Shown one piece after another: positions 1 to 12,902 of a stretch of 64,000 bases of DNA (position 1 is the stretch's first letter; each line of letters begins with the position of its first letter). A program made the position numbers and the translations under genes. The DNA lies in NCBI GenBank assembly GCA_965153285.1, contig OZ229111.1; one strand, given 5' to 3'. This DNA is from Podarcis tiliguerta (taxonomy: Eukaryota). The notes below the pieces were generated by a model. It was not told where the DNA came from. It made no database searches and worked only from the letters and a program-made list of their open reading frames with translations.

Positions 1-229
1 AGTTTGAAAGCACATCAAAGTGCAAGTAGATAAATAGGTAGCGCTCCGGCGGGAAGGTAAACGGCGTTTCCGTGCGCTGCTCTGGTTCGCCAGAAGCGGC
101 TTAGTCATGCTGGCCACATGACCCGGAAGCTGTATGCCAGCTCCCTCGGCCAATAAAGCGAGATGAGCGCCGCAACCCCAGAGTCAGTCATGACTGGATC
201 TAATGGTCAGGGGTCCCTTTACCTTACTT
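1..229 (+). mobile_element. Sauria SINE (lacertid type), 3' part, truncated by window edge
   Basis: Matches reverse complement of the full copy at 36518-36871; ends in GGGGTCCCTTTACCTTAC tail typical of Sauria SINE. Confidence 0.9.
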
Positions 230-1948
230 TAGTGAAAGTGTCTCGTTTGAATAAACCTTTCAGCTTCTAGCAAAGATGGAAGTGACTTGAATCCATGGAA
301 AGATTCTAGGGGTTTGGTCCATCTTATGTCATCCAGTTCTGTTTGGCCCATCCCTGATATAGAACAGATTATGTGTCTTGGATTTCAGGCCTCTCTCCAG
401 TTTCATCTTTATGAATGGTGTTTTTAGAGGTGCTAAGAAAAACTGGTTAGTAATGCAAGATCTGGCTCTTTTTGCTCCTCCCTCTTCTCCCTGCCCTCCC
501 CCAGTAGACTCCAGTAATGCCACACAATAAGCCACAGGGACATACAATTCTCTCAGGGCTGGGCTGTTTACGAAGGTTGCAAGTTCTGCCACAACTTTTA
601 AACATCCTGGGTTGGGTACATACTTCAAACTATGAAGAGAAAAAGTACTGTTAACCTGTCTACTGAGGGGTGTTGTTGTTTACTATAAAATGGCTATTTT
701 ATAACTCAGTGTTGTAAATGTCTCTTTAAAAAAGATAGTCTAGTTAAAATTGAAATACAAATTAAACACACAAGTGTTTTTAGACTGAAGGAACGACCCT
801 CTATAAAGCAAATAGTTAAAAACTGTTCTTCTGCATAAGCAGAAAAGCAGGAAAAATAAATATTTTGAGGCCAAACATTAATATGGCACAATAAACGTTA
901 TTATGGCCTTCATTCTAGGACCAATGAAGTATCTAGTCATCTCTGAACTTCATTCCAGACCCAGAAAATGCCATCCTGGCTGATCATCGACTGCTTCAAC
1001 CCAAATTATCTCTTTAACTGTGTTAGCTCTGTGATTTGCTCTGTAGTATCTGTTTTCTATCAATAAGGACATTTCCTTTTCGTCTTATGAAAAGAAGCTG
1101 TTTGCTTTTTTCGCAGGGTGGAGAGAATGGGTCCTTTGTTGTCTTTAAATAGACATTACAGGTCAAGTGTGTTTTTGATTGTAACGGATTTTAGCTACTT
1201 TCTGTTCTTGTGTGGAAATACTTTCTGTTTCTGGTGTGGGGCAAGGCAGGAAAGAAAGGAAAAGTGAAAAAAGACACCCCCACCCCCCAAAAAAGAGTCC
1301 TGTTGGATCAGACAAATGCCTATTTAATCTAGTACCTTGTTGCTTGCATTGGCTATTCATATATCTACCCCATGAGTAGGACTCAAAGGCAATAACTATC
1401 TCCTTCTGTTCCAGTAAATAATATTCAGAAAGCAGCAATACTATAAAATAGTAGTGTAAATGTTCCATGTAGATGTAGTGTTAATTACCTAATTGTTTAG
1501 GAAATGCATGAAGTACCAATAGAATTTCCTAAATCAGCCTTCCCCCACCCACCTTGGTGATTTAAATTGCCTTGATTTAAATTAATTCGCCCCGGCTGAA
1601 GAAAAGGAGAACATCATTTTGGCTGACAATGTATTCTTAAAGAAAATGCATCTACAACTTGATCCCAACATTTAAACAAAGTCTCAGCAAGTTATGTTCA
1701 TGTGCATACGCTCAAAGTCTATGGAGCACAGGTTTATGGGTGCTCCAGTTGACATCAACCTGAAATTTATTTATTTATTGCATAAATTTCAACATTTTAA
1801 CAAGGTATCCAAACCCAAGCAGTTAAGGTCAAGCTTTGATACTAACTATTATTATTGTTTAATAAACTAGTTTTTATAACATCAATGTGCAGTTGCTCAG
1901 TGAGAGATATTTCAATGGCCTCTCCATTCTTTCTCCTTGCAATTTCAG

Positions 1949-2024
1949 AAACATGAATTCTTTGTAGACATGACCTGTGAAGGGTGCTCTAATGCCGTCA
2001 CCCGTGTTCTCAACAAGCTGGGAG
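1949..2024 (+). CDS. ATOX1: ATOX1 copper chaperone, coding exon 2 (KHEFFVDMTCEGCSNAVTRVLNKLG+G)
   Basis: ttgcaatttcag acceptor, GGAG|gtgagt donor; encodes the MTCxxC copper-binding motif; 76 nt, phase 1 end fits next exon. Exon 1 (MP) is not in the window. Confidence 0.96.
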
Positions 2025-2139
2025 GTGAGTGGTACCTGGCAGACCACAAGACTTGAACACTCAAGGCTTCTTCTTGCACTTAGCATTATGCTTAAAGTAT
2101 TCCTGCTTGCATTGTTTGAGGCTCCTCACAGGGTCTCTG

Positions 2140-2350
2140 CCATGGGAGCATATTCACCCAGTACTTTTCCAGCTGCACTGGCTCCCGGTGGAGCACAGGG
2201 TCAGATTTAAGGCCTAGGACCCTCGTACCTACAGGACCACCTCTCCTGGTATGCCCTGCGGAGGACCTTAAGGTCCATAAATAGCAACACCCAAGAGGTC
2301 CCAGGCCCTAAGGAAGTTAGATTAGCCTCAATCAGAGCCAGGGCCTTCTA
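2140..2350 (+). mobile_element. L2 LINE ORF2 3' fragment
   Basis: Translates as ...WEHIHPVLFQLHWLPVEHRVRFK, the L2 ORF2 C-terminal signature; degenerate; boundaries approximate. Confidence 0.7.
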
Positions 2351-2550
2351 ACTTGGTTTGCAGTTGTCAGTGCAGCATGCTAGAAAATGTTCCAACTCAT
2401 AGTGCATTCATCTTTGCATATCGTATTTTCATTGCAGGGTTTTAAAAAGATTAAATGAGCCACTTAAATGATGTGCAGCTTTTGCTTCATTCTTTGCCCT
2501 AGCTGAAGTAGCAAGCAACTTCTAGAGGGCTTGCTGCTTTGCTCCTAATA

Positions 2551-2791
2551 CAGTGGTACCTCCAGTTACGAACTTAATTCATTCCGGAGGTCCTTTCTTA
2601 ACCTGAAACCGTGCTTAACCTGAGGCGCACTTTTGCTAATGGGGCCTCCCGCTGCTGCCATAACGCTGGCGCGCGACTTCCGCTTGCATCCCAGGGCAAA
2701 GGTCGCTACCAGGAGACCTACTTCTGGGTTAGCGGAGCTCATTACCCAAAGCGTTTGTAAGGAGGACAGTACGTAACCCGAAGTTCCACTG
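2551..2791. mobile_element. Tigger/pogo-like (Tc1-mariner) MITE
   Basis: TIR CAGTGGTACCT...AAGTTCCACTG with TA on both sides; same family as copies at 7765, 13506, 24661, 34278, 40093, 54237. Confidence 0.85.
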
Positions 2792-3664
2792 TAGAGGTAG
2801 TTAGTCAGTAACTAAATATTGATTGTTGCTGGAATGTTTGACTTTCATCCCGTGTCCCTTAGGACTGTGTAATTTCCTCTTCTAGACAGTTGTCCAGTCA
2901 ACTTTATTCTCTTTACAAGATCAAAGGCTTACTCCAAAACTCATTTAAATCATTGACGCATAACTCTGGTTGCTTCTGCTCTGCAGTAGGAGAGCTGAAT
3001 CTGCTGCTGTCTTTACCACCTTAGCAAGCGTCTAACCTCCTGTCCTCCATTGGTGTCAGCATAACTGTTGCAAGACATGGAAGGTTGCCCCCACGCAAAG
3101 GATTTGCTACACATAAATTTCTTCCACATTGGGACAGAAATGAACCTCATTTGCCTCACAGTTATCTGCATTTCATTCTGTCAGCATATACTGAGAAGCC
3201 GCATGGTGCCTTTTTGTGTATATGTGACATGTGGGGTGTATCTGAAGTCCCCATGTGTGATTCCTTGCAGTTTCCTACCCCGATGTTACTTCCCTGTAGG
3301 AAACCACCAGCCTTGATAATGTTCCTCCTTATAAAAAAGTTCCCTTGGTATAGAAATCTAGCATGTGCAAGGTGTTCTTCTTTCACGAGAACGCCTTTCA
3401 GCTGTAGACAACTGATGTTGCAGCCAGGGAGAATCCAGCTCCCAACCATCTTGGATTCAAAGCATATGGCCCTTCCTAAGGGAAGATAGTCTAATGGAAG
3501 GAGAAATAAGGGTGAAATTCTAAAGGAAACATCTGTCTCGCTACGAAAGCCCAATACAGAGAAGCCCTTGGTCCATCTCGCTCAGTATTGAGAGGCAATG
3601 GTTCTTCAGGGTCTTAGGCAGGGCTTTTTCACATCACATCATCTGCTACCTGGAGAGGAATATG

Positions 3665-3980
3665 GGAAACTCCTTTTACACAGAGTCAGACCATTAGTCA
3701 ATCTCTCAGTATTTTCTTAAGCTGACCGGCAGTTGCTCTCCAGGATTTCTGACAGAGGTCTTTCCCAGCCCTACCTGGAGATGCTGGGGATTGAAGCTGA
3801 GACCTTTTTGCATTAATGCTCTACCAGAGTTTCCCAAACTTGATTATCCAGCAGTTGGTGGACTACAATTCCCATCAACCCTAGCTGCCAATACCAATGG
3901 TCAGAGATGATGGGAGTTGTAGTCCAACAACAGCTGTAGGCCCAAGTTTGGGAAACTTTGTGCTCCACCAGCAAACTAAA
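3665..3980 (-). mobile_element. tRNA-Ala-headed SINE, interrupted by a hAT MITE
   Basis: Reverse complement resembles the copy at 7309-7470; its A-box (tgctctac) is duplicated around the MITE at 3825-3960. Confidence 0.65.
3825..3960. mobile_element. Palindromic hAT-type MITE (ACTACA core family)
   Basis: TIR CAGAGTTTCCCAAACTTG / CAAGTTTGGGAAACTTTG; 8-bp TSD tgctctac / tgctccac. Confidence 0.85.
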
Positions 3981-4268
3981 CCATCTTTTACTCATTTTTC
4001 AATGCTTAAGATGTTTTCATGGCTCTTTTGATGATTTTATCCCTGTACTCCATCTTACTATAGCTTTCTCATAGTGAAGATTACAAATTTGTAAACAAAT
4101 AAGCATAAGATAAAGTACAGCCCCACCTCAACTGATGGATATTTTGCAAGTTTATATAGACTATCCATTTGACATTGCCACTCATTCAAGAAGGTGGGAG
4201 AATAAATTGCGGGAAGGAGACTTCAAATTTCCAATGCTGCTTCTGTACACTGTGTCCTTTCTTTTCAG

Positions 4269-4393
4269 GTGTTCAGTTTGAAATCGACCTGCCCAACAAG
4301 AAGGTGAATATAGAGTCAGAGCACAGTGTTGACACCTTACTGAACACCCTGAAGAAAACTGGGAAGGATGCCTCCTACCTTGGAGACAAGTAG
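4269..4393 (+). CDS. ATOX1: ATOX1 coding exon 3 (GVQFEIDLPNKKVNIESEHSVDTLLNTLKKTGKDASYLGDK*); exon probably extends to donor at 4439
   Basis: ctttcttttcag acceptor in phase 1, conserved DLPNKKV and LKKTGK motifs, TAG stop at 4391-4393, AAAG|gtcagt donor at 4439/4440. Confidence 0.96.
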
Positions 4394-6344
4394 CCACACA
4401 GGAAGGCTTGACCAGTGGGGCTACTGTGCTTCAGGAAAGGTCAGTTGCCAGGAATACTTTTAAGCCACTCAGGGCAGAATGCTCAAGATGAGAAGTATAC
4501 TGAAAACAGCAACCCCCACATTGTATAAGAAACAAAATGTATGATGTGACAGAAATCTTGCTAAGAGTTTCCCTCCTCCAGTGACTTCATAGACTGGACT
4601 GAAGTGAGGGCAAGGAAACTCTTAACTGGATGACTTCTCTTTTATATATAATATCAGAAGAGGAGATAGATCCTGTGCCATATATAAAAACTTTCCCTGC
4701 AAGCCCTGATATTTTATGTCCATTGAAGCCGGCCTCTTCTTTTGAAGTAGAGGAGCTGGTGCTGTATACAAGCTAGGACTCAAATCTAGCAGATTGTGCG
4801 TAAATCATCTGTGACTGTGTGTGCCAGGCATTTTGAAACCCCGCAAACCAGCTGTTTGGCAAGGACAGGGGCAACTGAATCCTGCGACTCCCAAGGATCT
4901 TCTCCGTGGGATTTCAGCCTTGTTTAAAGGAGGGATGTTTCTGGGCTCTGCTCCCCATTGGACCCAAACCAGCATGGCCAGCAATAAAAGATGATGGAAA
5001 CTGTTACTTGACAATATCTGGAAGGCCACAGGTTCCTCAACTGGCTTCATAGTCTATACATGTGGATCCATTTGTGGAACTGATTTTACAGTGCCTGTTT
5101 ATTCTAGCTCATGAAGCTTTGCAGAGCCATGGAGGCCACAAGCTGTGGCCTTCAGTTGCCATCACCTGATGCTCATTTTTCTGTCTTGCTGTGGTGTCTC
5201 GTAAAACTTGATTTTCCCCCCCAAGTTGTATGGCTTAGTAGGAAAGGGCGACCCAGGATTACCCCAGCAGTGTGCTGCAGGAGGTATGCATGCGCTGTGG
5301 TCTGGTGTGAAACTGATAACCCTGTCGCATAGTTTTTTGTAACGGGCGGAGCTCTGTCCTTCCCCAATCCTTCACTCTTTCTCAAGGTTGGGAGCCTGTT
5401 TTTAAACTCTTTAAAAATACTTGGTTCTTGGTTACACAAAATAAGAAATACATAGAAGCATATAAAGAGAGAGAGGGAACCAAGATAAGAGCTCCCTTCT
5501 TTTTGAACACTTCCTTAACTTTTCCAGAGAGTGAAATTGCCTAGTCCAGGAATATCTTCTGAGCCTATCTGGTTACTTTCACACCATTGATTGGCCCTGA
5601 ATTACCAGAAGTGAATTACATTTAGCACTGGGGTAGGAATTAACGGCCTTCCCCACCATCAGCAGCACCTACAAGGGTGCCCCATTAAGTCTGTACGGTT
5701 AGCAAACTACCAGTTTGGTTCTGTTGCCACTGTGGCACTAAGGAGAAAATACCTTCAAAAATTATCGTCTGCACGCTGCCAGTGTTTTTGCAGAATTGCT
5801 GGCTGTCCTGTGGTTGCATCAATCTGGGAACAATAACAAAGAGGTTTTTTGTGTTGTTGTTGAGGAATGTTCTGCTCCTTGTGCACTGTGAAAATTTAAG
5901 CCTTCATTGAACGTACCGGTTGTTCACACAAAAACACTTTATAGCAGTAGGATTGAGTGGGGCATGTTTGCATGAGAGCAGCAGAACCTAATAACTTTGA
6001 GTCTTTCTAAAGTACACAGGAAACATTGGTCCGACTCACATTAAATAGACAAGATTTTTATTTTGGCTGTATTTAGGCCCAGTTCTGCATGCCTTTTTCT
6101 CTTTAAAACAAGTTCTGCACACTAATGATTCTGTACACAACAAAACTGAATTATTTGATGCACAGTCTGCTTTGCACAACACAGCTGCTGCTCATCATGA
6201 GAACCAGGGGGGAGAGAAATAGATCTGTAAAATATTATTTGCCTATCTGCTTTTACTACTGAAGATTCTATTCTGTCCTCCTACCACCCTGGGTTCTGAG
6301 TTTTAGTAGGCATTGGCTGCGCACTAGAATGCAGGCAGGCTAAT

Positions 6345-6560
6345 GCCACATCCGCACCATGATGCCACTTCAAACAGTCACTTGGTGTCCACAAAAAGAA
6401 TTCTGGGAGCTGTAGTTCGTTAAGGGTACCGAGAGTTATTAGCAGACCCCTAGTCCCCTCAGAGCTACTATTGCCAGAGTGGTTTAACAATCAGTCCCTC
6501 TTCACAGGAAACTCTGGGAATTGTAGTTTTGTGAGGGGAATAGGGGCCTTCTAACAAGGT
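6345..6560. mobile_element. PIF/Harbinger-like MITE fragment (CTGGGAATTGTAGT family)
   Basis: Similar to 28031-29064 and 59905-60135; internal inverted ggaattgtagt/actacaattccc-type motifs. Confidence 0.6.
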
Positions 6561-6850
6561 GTGGGAGGAATTGTAAACACACAAGTCAGGTAGGTAGGTA
6601 GCCCACCAAACCATATACAGCCAAACTGCTTGTAGATGCCAGCACACCAAGGACTTTCCTTCCTTCCCACCACCTTTTGTCTGCCAGGAGCTGCAGCGAT
6701 GGGTAGCAGGAGCAGAGCATCAAGCAGGCCGCAAGAAAAGATTTCTGCCTGCTTTCCACACACCAGGGGGAGCAGCAGTTGTAGTAGCCTGCAGTAACCG
6801 GCTGAGGGCCCCCCAAAGCAGCCTTTGTTTAAAATGGATGTTCCTTCTAG

Positions 6851-7145
6851 GTCCCACCAGCAGATGCTGCCCTTGCCTAACTCTCCACCCTTCCTTTATT
6901 TTGCAGCAACGCTTAACATGGCTTCGGTCCGAAGGCGGCTGTTTACACTTCTGTCAATCTTCCTTTGACCACAGTTGCCCTGCCAGATGTTGGAGAAGAG
7001 GGGAAGGGTGGGAAGAAGAAGAAGAAGGCCTTTGGTGGGGCAAGGACTATGAGAAATTTTGACTGCAGATGTCCCACATACTGTCCTACAGCTGTAGTGT
7101 TTCTTCTCTTTGGCTTTGTAATAAAACTTGGATCTGCTATATTCA
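6851..7145 (+). other. ATOX1: Probable non-coding terminal (3' UTR) exon of ATOX1
   Basis: ttccttctag acceptor at 6850, unique sequence, TGTA directly before AATAAA at 7120-7125; mammalian ATOX1 has a UTR-only last exon. Not confirmable without transcripts. Confidence 0.55.
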
Positions 7146-7308
7146 AGTAAACGCCGTGGCTCTTAGTATATATCTTTTAAGCCCTGTTTTCTTTTTGGTG
7201 GGGCAGGGGCTGACTTTTAAAAATGAGTACCAATCGTGAGCTGATATATTTCAGTGCACTAATGAGATAATATTCTAAAGAGATGAACTTAGCATTACTA
7301 GGTGCCAA

Positions 7309-7470
7309 GGAGTGTAGCTCAGTGCTAGAGCATCTGCCTTGCATGCAGAAGGTCCCAGGTTTATTCCCTGGCATCTCCAGTTAGGGCTGGGAGTAACCTT
7401 GGAGACCCACTGCCAATCATTGGGGGCAATCCTGAGCTTGATGGACCAATGGTGTCACTCAGTATTAGGC
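7309..7470 (+). mobile_element. tRNA-Ala(TGC)-headed SINE with CR1-like tail
   Basis: TGTAGCTCAGTGCTAGAGCA...TTGCATG...CCCTGGCATCTCCA tRNA-Ala-like head followed by GATGGACCAATGGT...CTCAGTATTAGGC tail. Confidence 0.75.
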
Positions 7471-7529
7471 CACTAGGTTATAAACACATATTCTTATTGG
7501 ACCAAAATTCTCCAATGGCAACATAGAAC

Positions 7530-7745
7530 CGTGTGACATAGTGGATCAAGTTTCAGACGTGCCAGGGAGGCGAAATCTCTTATCTTATGTGCAGAGTGAC
7601 ACTTGGATACGTTTGACGAGTGACCTTAAACAAGTTACTGCCTCTTCAGCCTAACCTACCTGCCCAAGATAGTGGGCCAATAGAAATGGGAGAACCTCAT
7701 TTGTATTGCCTTGTGCTCCTTGAAGGAAGGTAGGAAGCAAATGTA
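7530..7745 (+). mobile_element. Degenerate Squam3/MIR-like SINE
   Basis: Shares the gtgacctt...cagcctaacctacc core and ccttg.gctcctt tail with 37218-37428. Confidence 0.5.
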
Positions 7746-7764
7746 GTGTGTCTTTGTCCTTGTA

Positions 7765-8006
7765 CACTGGTACCTCGGTTTAAGAACTTAATTCGTTCCG
7801 GAGGTCTGTTCTTAACCTGAAACTGTTCTTAACCTGAAGCACCACTTTAGCTAATGGGGCCTCCTGCTGCTGCTGTGCCGCCCGAGCACGATTTCTGTTC
7901 TCATCCTGAAGCAAAGTTCTTAAGCTGAGGCACTATTTCTGGGTTAGCGGAGTCTGTAACCTGAAGCATATGTAACCTGAAGCGTATGTAACCTGAGGCA
8001 CCACTG
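7765..8006. mobile_element. Tigger-like MITE
   Basis: TIRs CACTGGTACCTC / GAGGCACCACTG, TA TSD, subterminal gtaacctgaag repeats. Confidence 0.88.
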
Positions 8007-8739
8007 TACTTCCAGAAGAGCATCTGCACTTCTTTCTGCTGCTATTGAGAAGAAACGAGCCAGAAATGGCTGTGGGCACTTCAGTTTAATATTAAGACAA
8101 GAATAGAGACGACCTTTTTATTTTTTTATTTTTTGGTTGAGGAGTGGGGAAATGTTCTCAAGCTGCCTGCACCATTTTTGGGGGGAATCAGTGGCAGAAG
8201 ATAGAGCATCTGAGGAAAAATCCAAGAGAAGGTGCTGTGAGCAAATAAGCGATAATAGTTGTGTTAATATCCCACAGCTAGCACGTCTCTGGAGAGCTAA
8301 ACTAATTTCCCTCATAGGTCTCAGGAGTAGATTGTTGTTTGGAAACTATATATAACATTTTCCATCACAACAGTATACACTGCCAAACAGAGGTCTTGAG
8401 TAAGGAGAGATGTACTAGCTACAGAGATGCGTCTCTCTTCTCTCCCCCCACTCTTTCCCAGCTATGAGTTCATGAAATTTCCTTCTCTTTATCTGTCCTA
8501 AATGTCAATAACAATTGTCGCAATGCCATGAGAGTCTGTAAAATGAATCTGAAATGTGAATCTGAGAAATGCAACCAAAACAAACCTAACAGCTGGGGAG
8601 TGGCTTGTTCATTTCATCTCCCCCCTATCCCGCCCCACATAATCACAATAGAAATTGTGGATGAGGTTTCCTTGTCCTTTAAAACACACATATACACACT
8701 CCATCTTCCAAGACAACCTTTGGCACACTTCTCTATCAT

Positions 8740-10720
8740 CTACCTATTTTGATGTTGCCCTTCAGTGGAGGATCACAGGGCAGTTTACAATATGAAAACA
8801 AAAAAAATACATATAGTAACAAATAAGAACAATACTCTCCCCTGTTTAAAAGGCCATAGATTCTCTAATTAGCCAAAGGCCTGAGAGAAGAGGAATGTTT
8901 TTGAATGATGCCTAAAGATATGTAATGAAGGCACTAGGTGAGCCTCCCTGGGGAGAGCATTCTACAAGCAGGGAGTCACCACAGAAAAGGCCTGTTTTCA
9001 TGCTGCCACCCTCTAGCAAAGGAGGCACGGGAAGAGCAACCTCGCATGATGATTGCAGGGTCCGGGAGGTTCATATGGGGACAGGCAGTCCTTGACGTAT
9101 TGCAGTCTTAGTTAAGGCTTAGTAGGGAAAAACCAGCACTTGGAATTGGGCCCAGAAACTAGTTGGCAGTTCAGCTAGGATTGGCATTATATACTCAATC
9201 CATCTTGCCTAGGGCAGAACCTAGCTTCCAAATTCTGCACCAGTTGAAGTTTCCGAACCATCTTCAGAGGCAGCCCCATGTATCATACATTGCAGTAATC
9301 TAACCTAGAGGTCACCGGAGCACAGATAACAGGAGCTAGGTTATCCTTGTCCTTATAGGAGTGCAGCTGGGCCACCAGCCCAAGCTGATGGAAGGTACTC
9401 TATGCCACTGAGGCCATCTGAGCTATGTGAGGCCATCTGAGCCAAGGATCCAGGAGTAACCCCAAGCTACATACGTGCCCCTTCAGAGGGAGTGTAACCC
9501 CATCAAGAGCAGACCACCTCCCATCTATCCAGTCTAGTGGACCACCCACTGACAGCTCCTCGGTCTTATCTGAATTGAGCTTCAGTTTGTTGGTTCTCAT
9601 CTAGTCCATTACCAAGGCAAGACAACAGTCCAGCACATTCACTGCCACACCTGCAAGTGTAAATGAGAAGTAAAGCTGTGTGCCATCAGCATATTGCTGG
9701 CAACGTACTCTCAAACTCTGGATGATGCCACTCAGCAGTTTCATGTCGATGTTAAACAGCAAGGAGGATAAAATTGAGCCCTGAGGAACTCAACATTGAA
9801 GGCTCCGCAGGGTTCCTCAAGCATTAACCTCTGGAAACGACCATCCAAGTTGGACCACCCCAAAGCAGGGCCATCCATCCCTAGCTTAGACGGCCGCTCC
9901 AGATGGATGCCATGGTTGATGGTATCGAAAGCCGCTGAGAGGTCGAGGAAAATTAACAAGGACACATTTCATCATCATACAGGGTGACCAAAGCAGTTTC
10001 TATGCCAAAACTGGGCCTAAACTCCAATTGAAATGGATCTGGAAAATCAGTTTCCTAGATCAGGTCTGTGACTATCTGCTCAAGAACCTTGCCCAAGAAG
10101 GGGACACTGGCAACTGGTCAGTTATTACAGTGGTATCTTGGTTCTCAAATGCCTTGGTTGTCAAACAACTTGGAACCCAAACACTGCAAACCCGGAAGTA
10201 AGTGTTCTGGTTTGCGAACTTTTTTCAGAAGCTGAACATGCTCTGTTTTGAGTGTTAACGCTTCCGATTTGAGTGCCACATTTCCTTTTTGAGTGTTACG
10301 CTGAGGTCTGTGTTTTTGCTATTTATTTTGTGTTTTCATGGCTCTTTTGTGTGTGTGTGTGCCTCTGTGGAACCCAGTTCAGCTACTGATTGATTGATTG
10401 ATTGATTGATTGTGTGACTATAGTACATTGTTTATTGCTTTCATTTTACGGATCAATGGTCTCGTTAGATAGTAAAATTCATGTTGTATTGCTGTTTTAG
10501 GGGTTGTTTTTAAAAGTCTGGAATGGATAAATCCATTTTGCATTACTTTCTACGGGAAAGCACGCCTTGGTTTTGGAACGCTTGGGTTTGGGAACGGACT
10601 TTCGGAACAGATTAAGTTTGAGAACCAAGGTACCACTGTGCTTAGATTTTCCAAATCCAAGGAGGACCTCTGAAGGAATGGTCTTGCTGCTGCTTCCTTG
10701 AAGCAGGCAATGGGACTTAA
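8740..10720 (-). mobile_element. L2 LINE, 5'-truncated, decayed ORF2 (reverse transcriptase), interrupted by a Tigger-like element
   Basis: Minus-strand translations LDLSAAFDTINH (RT), NKLKLNSDKTE, LDGVTLPLK, PVASVPFLGKVL and FKEAAARPFL..SLD are L2 ORF2 motifs; frameshifts and stops present. Confidence 0.9.
10128..10638. mobile_element. Longer Tigger-like non-autonomous element inserted in L2
   Basis: TIR CAGTGGTATCTTGGTTCTCAAA / TTTGAGAACCAAGGTACCACTG, TA / TG flanks, internal (GATT)n; L2 ORF2 motifs continue on both sides. Confidence 0.85.
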
Positions 10721-11280
10721 CAGCATAATTCTGTATATGTGTACTCCTAGTGAATTCAATTAAACTTACTCTCCTGGCTAAGCATGTATAGGACTGCAGT
10801 CCAAGTGTCCATAATTCTACCCTGGATTGTGGCCATATCTCTCCCCCTTCGCGCACACACACTCCAGCATTAAAGCATTCTTATTATTTGTTTAAGCCTT
10901 ACTAAGAGCATTTGAGGTGTGTGACAGAATCATGTCCATTAATGCTGCCGAAGAATCAATCTTTTGAAACTTTCTGGGTTTCATGCGCTCAGTTTCTCCA
11001 CTGGATCATTTGAGTTAACAGCTAGTTGACTCTTGTTTACCTATTCAACAGCTTTTCCTTTTAGTTTCTGGCTAACCGTAAATGTATGGAAACACTGGGT
11101 ATTTAGTTTAAAGCCCTTCATCGCTAAAATTAGAGTGTGGCTCTTCCAAGGAAGGAGAATGAAATCAAAACACACAAACAAAAGGGCTTAACTTTGCTTG
11201 CTGGCGTAGCAACATTTAAAGTAGTTCTTGCAGCCTGCTGCTAAACACTTATTTGGAATATGTTCAGGATCGCAGTTGCA

Positions 11281-11579
11281 GGGCACAGGAGCTCAGCCAG
11301 TTAGAGTGTGGTGCTGATAATGCCAAGGTTGCAATTTTGATCTCCGTATGGGGTAGCTACATATTCCTGCCTTGCAGGGGGTTGGACTAGATCAGGTACC
11401 CCAAACTCGGCCCTCCAGATATTTTTGGGACTACAATTCCCATCATCCCTGACCACCGGTCCTAGTAGCTAGGAATGATGGGAATTGTAGTCCCAAAACA
11501 TCTGGAGGGCCAAGTTTGGGGATGCCTGGACTAGATGATCCTAAGACTCCCTATCTACTCTACAATTCTATGATTCTAA
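11281..11579 (+). mobile_element. tRNA-Ile-headed SINE with CR1-type (ATTCTATG) tail, interrupted by hAT MITE
   Basis: AGCTCAGCCAGTTAGAGTGTGGTGCTGATAATGCCAAGGT resembles tRNA-Ile (GAT at 11316-11318); tail TTGCAGGGGGTTGGACTAGATG...CTCTACAATTCTATGATTCT. Confidence 0.8.
11393..11528. mobile_element. Palindromic hAT-type MITE (ACTACA core family)
   Basis: TIR CAGGTACCCCAAACT / AGTTTGGGGATGCCTG; perfect 8-bp TSD gactagat (11385-11392, 11529-11536). Confidence 0.9.
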
Positions 11580-12902
11580 GATGACAATGGTTTTGGCAGC
11601 TGGACACCTGGGGACTTCATGCAGCCCTATTTTTTTGGCTCTCACTTCTCCCTGCATTAAATGGGATATGAGGTGCTGTTTATTGAGCATTTGTCTTGAT
11701 TTGTTTGCAGGGACAATGTTGGCTATTTACTGGGCATTCATTCCAATTTGTTTTCAGGGAGGTTAGATGAGGTGCCAAAGCAAGTGTTATTTTGTACTTT
11801 CCAGTGCATTTTCCAGATTTTATTTGTGATTTTGCTGTGTGTTTCACGTAAACCACTTAGAGGCTTCGATAAACCATATATAAACATCCTTAAATAAATA
11901 GGTAGTCAGTCTGGCAGTCACTCCCCTCCAATTCCAAGCATTCTCCCCATCAACTGAAGAAAAGATCAGGGTGGTCTAATCCCGCTGCCTCCCCACCACC
12001 AAAATAAAAATAATAATAAAAGTTTCTTCAGATTTCATTGCTTAATGAACTAAACTAGTATCTCGGCATACTCTATAAGCAGGCAGTGAATGCTTAGAGT
12101 GAGGAATCTGTCCTCCTTTACAGGGCTTATAGCTACCACGCTGCTCCACAACTGTCCTCTCGGAACCAATAACATATCATTAGTATGGGACTCACAGTTC
12201 TCTTTTCCTCTGCCATTATCTCTTAATGGGTTTGGAAAGCCTGTCTTTACTGCATGTGTAATTTTCCCGATTCTTTCTTAGTGTGACAGGTTTTAGTTAG
12301 CCTCTTCCTCTTCCAGCTCTCTAATAACCAGAATCTTTTGCCTCAGGCCCTTGGTGTGTGGTGTCACTGTCTTGTGCTGCAATATTATGAGTTCATTTTG
12401 TGGCGTTTGTCCTCCCCGCCCTGTCTTTTTCCTTTAGTATTTCAGCTCTAAGGTATGATATCTGTTCTTTAGCTATCAGGAAGCTACAATATGCAAGACT
12501 GGCAACATATATTAATTAAAGGCAAGGTTTCATGGCAATGGCCACCCATGTTTGAATGTTTCCCTTTCTTTCATCAGAATTACATTTGCCTCTGAATTCC
12601 ACTAAAAACAGAAGCTCACCATTTGTGCTTTTTTTGAATCGCAGAAGCACTTTGGTATCACCGACACCCAATTCTGTAGTGTTTTCATCAACTCTGCATG
12701 CAGGAATTTCAGAGTGTGTTTTAGTACTATGACAACAATTATTATGTGTTCTCCCTGTACCTATATCTTTGTGATTATATATATATATATGCCACTTACA
12801 TACTGAACCATCTAATGTAACCTCATAGAAAAACATTTCCATTCCAAGTTGCATTTAAAATTATGAATGTTTATTTCCTGAGTTCAACTGCTTGATATTA
12901 AG

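Noticed and set aside
4305-4312. ATOX1 has Asn (KKVNIE) where human has a third cysteine (Cys41)
   Set aside because: Outside the MTCxxC site and, as I recall, variable in non-mammals; not evidence of novelty.
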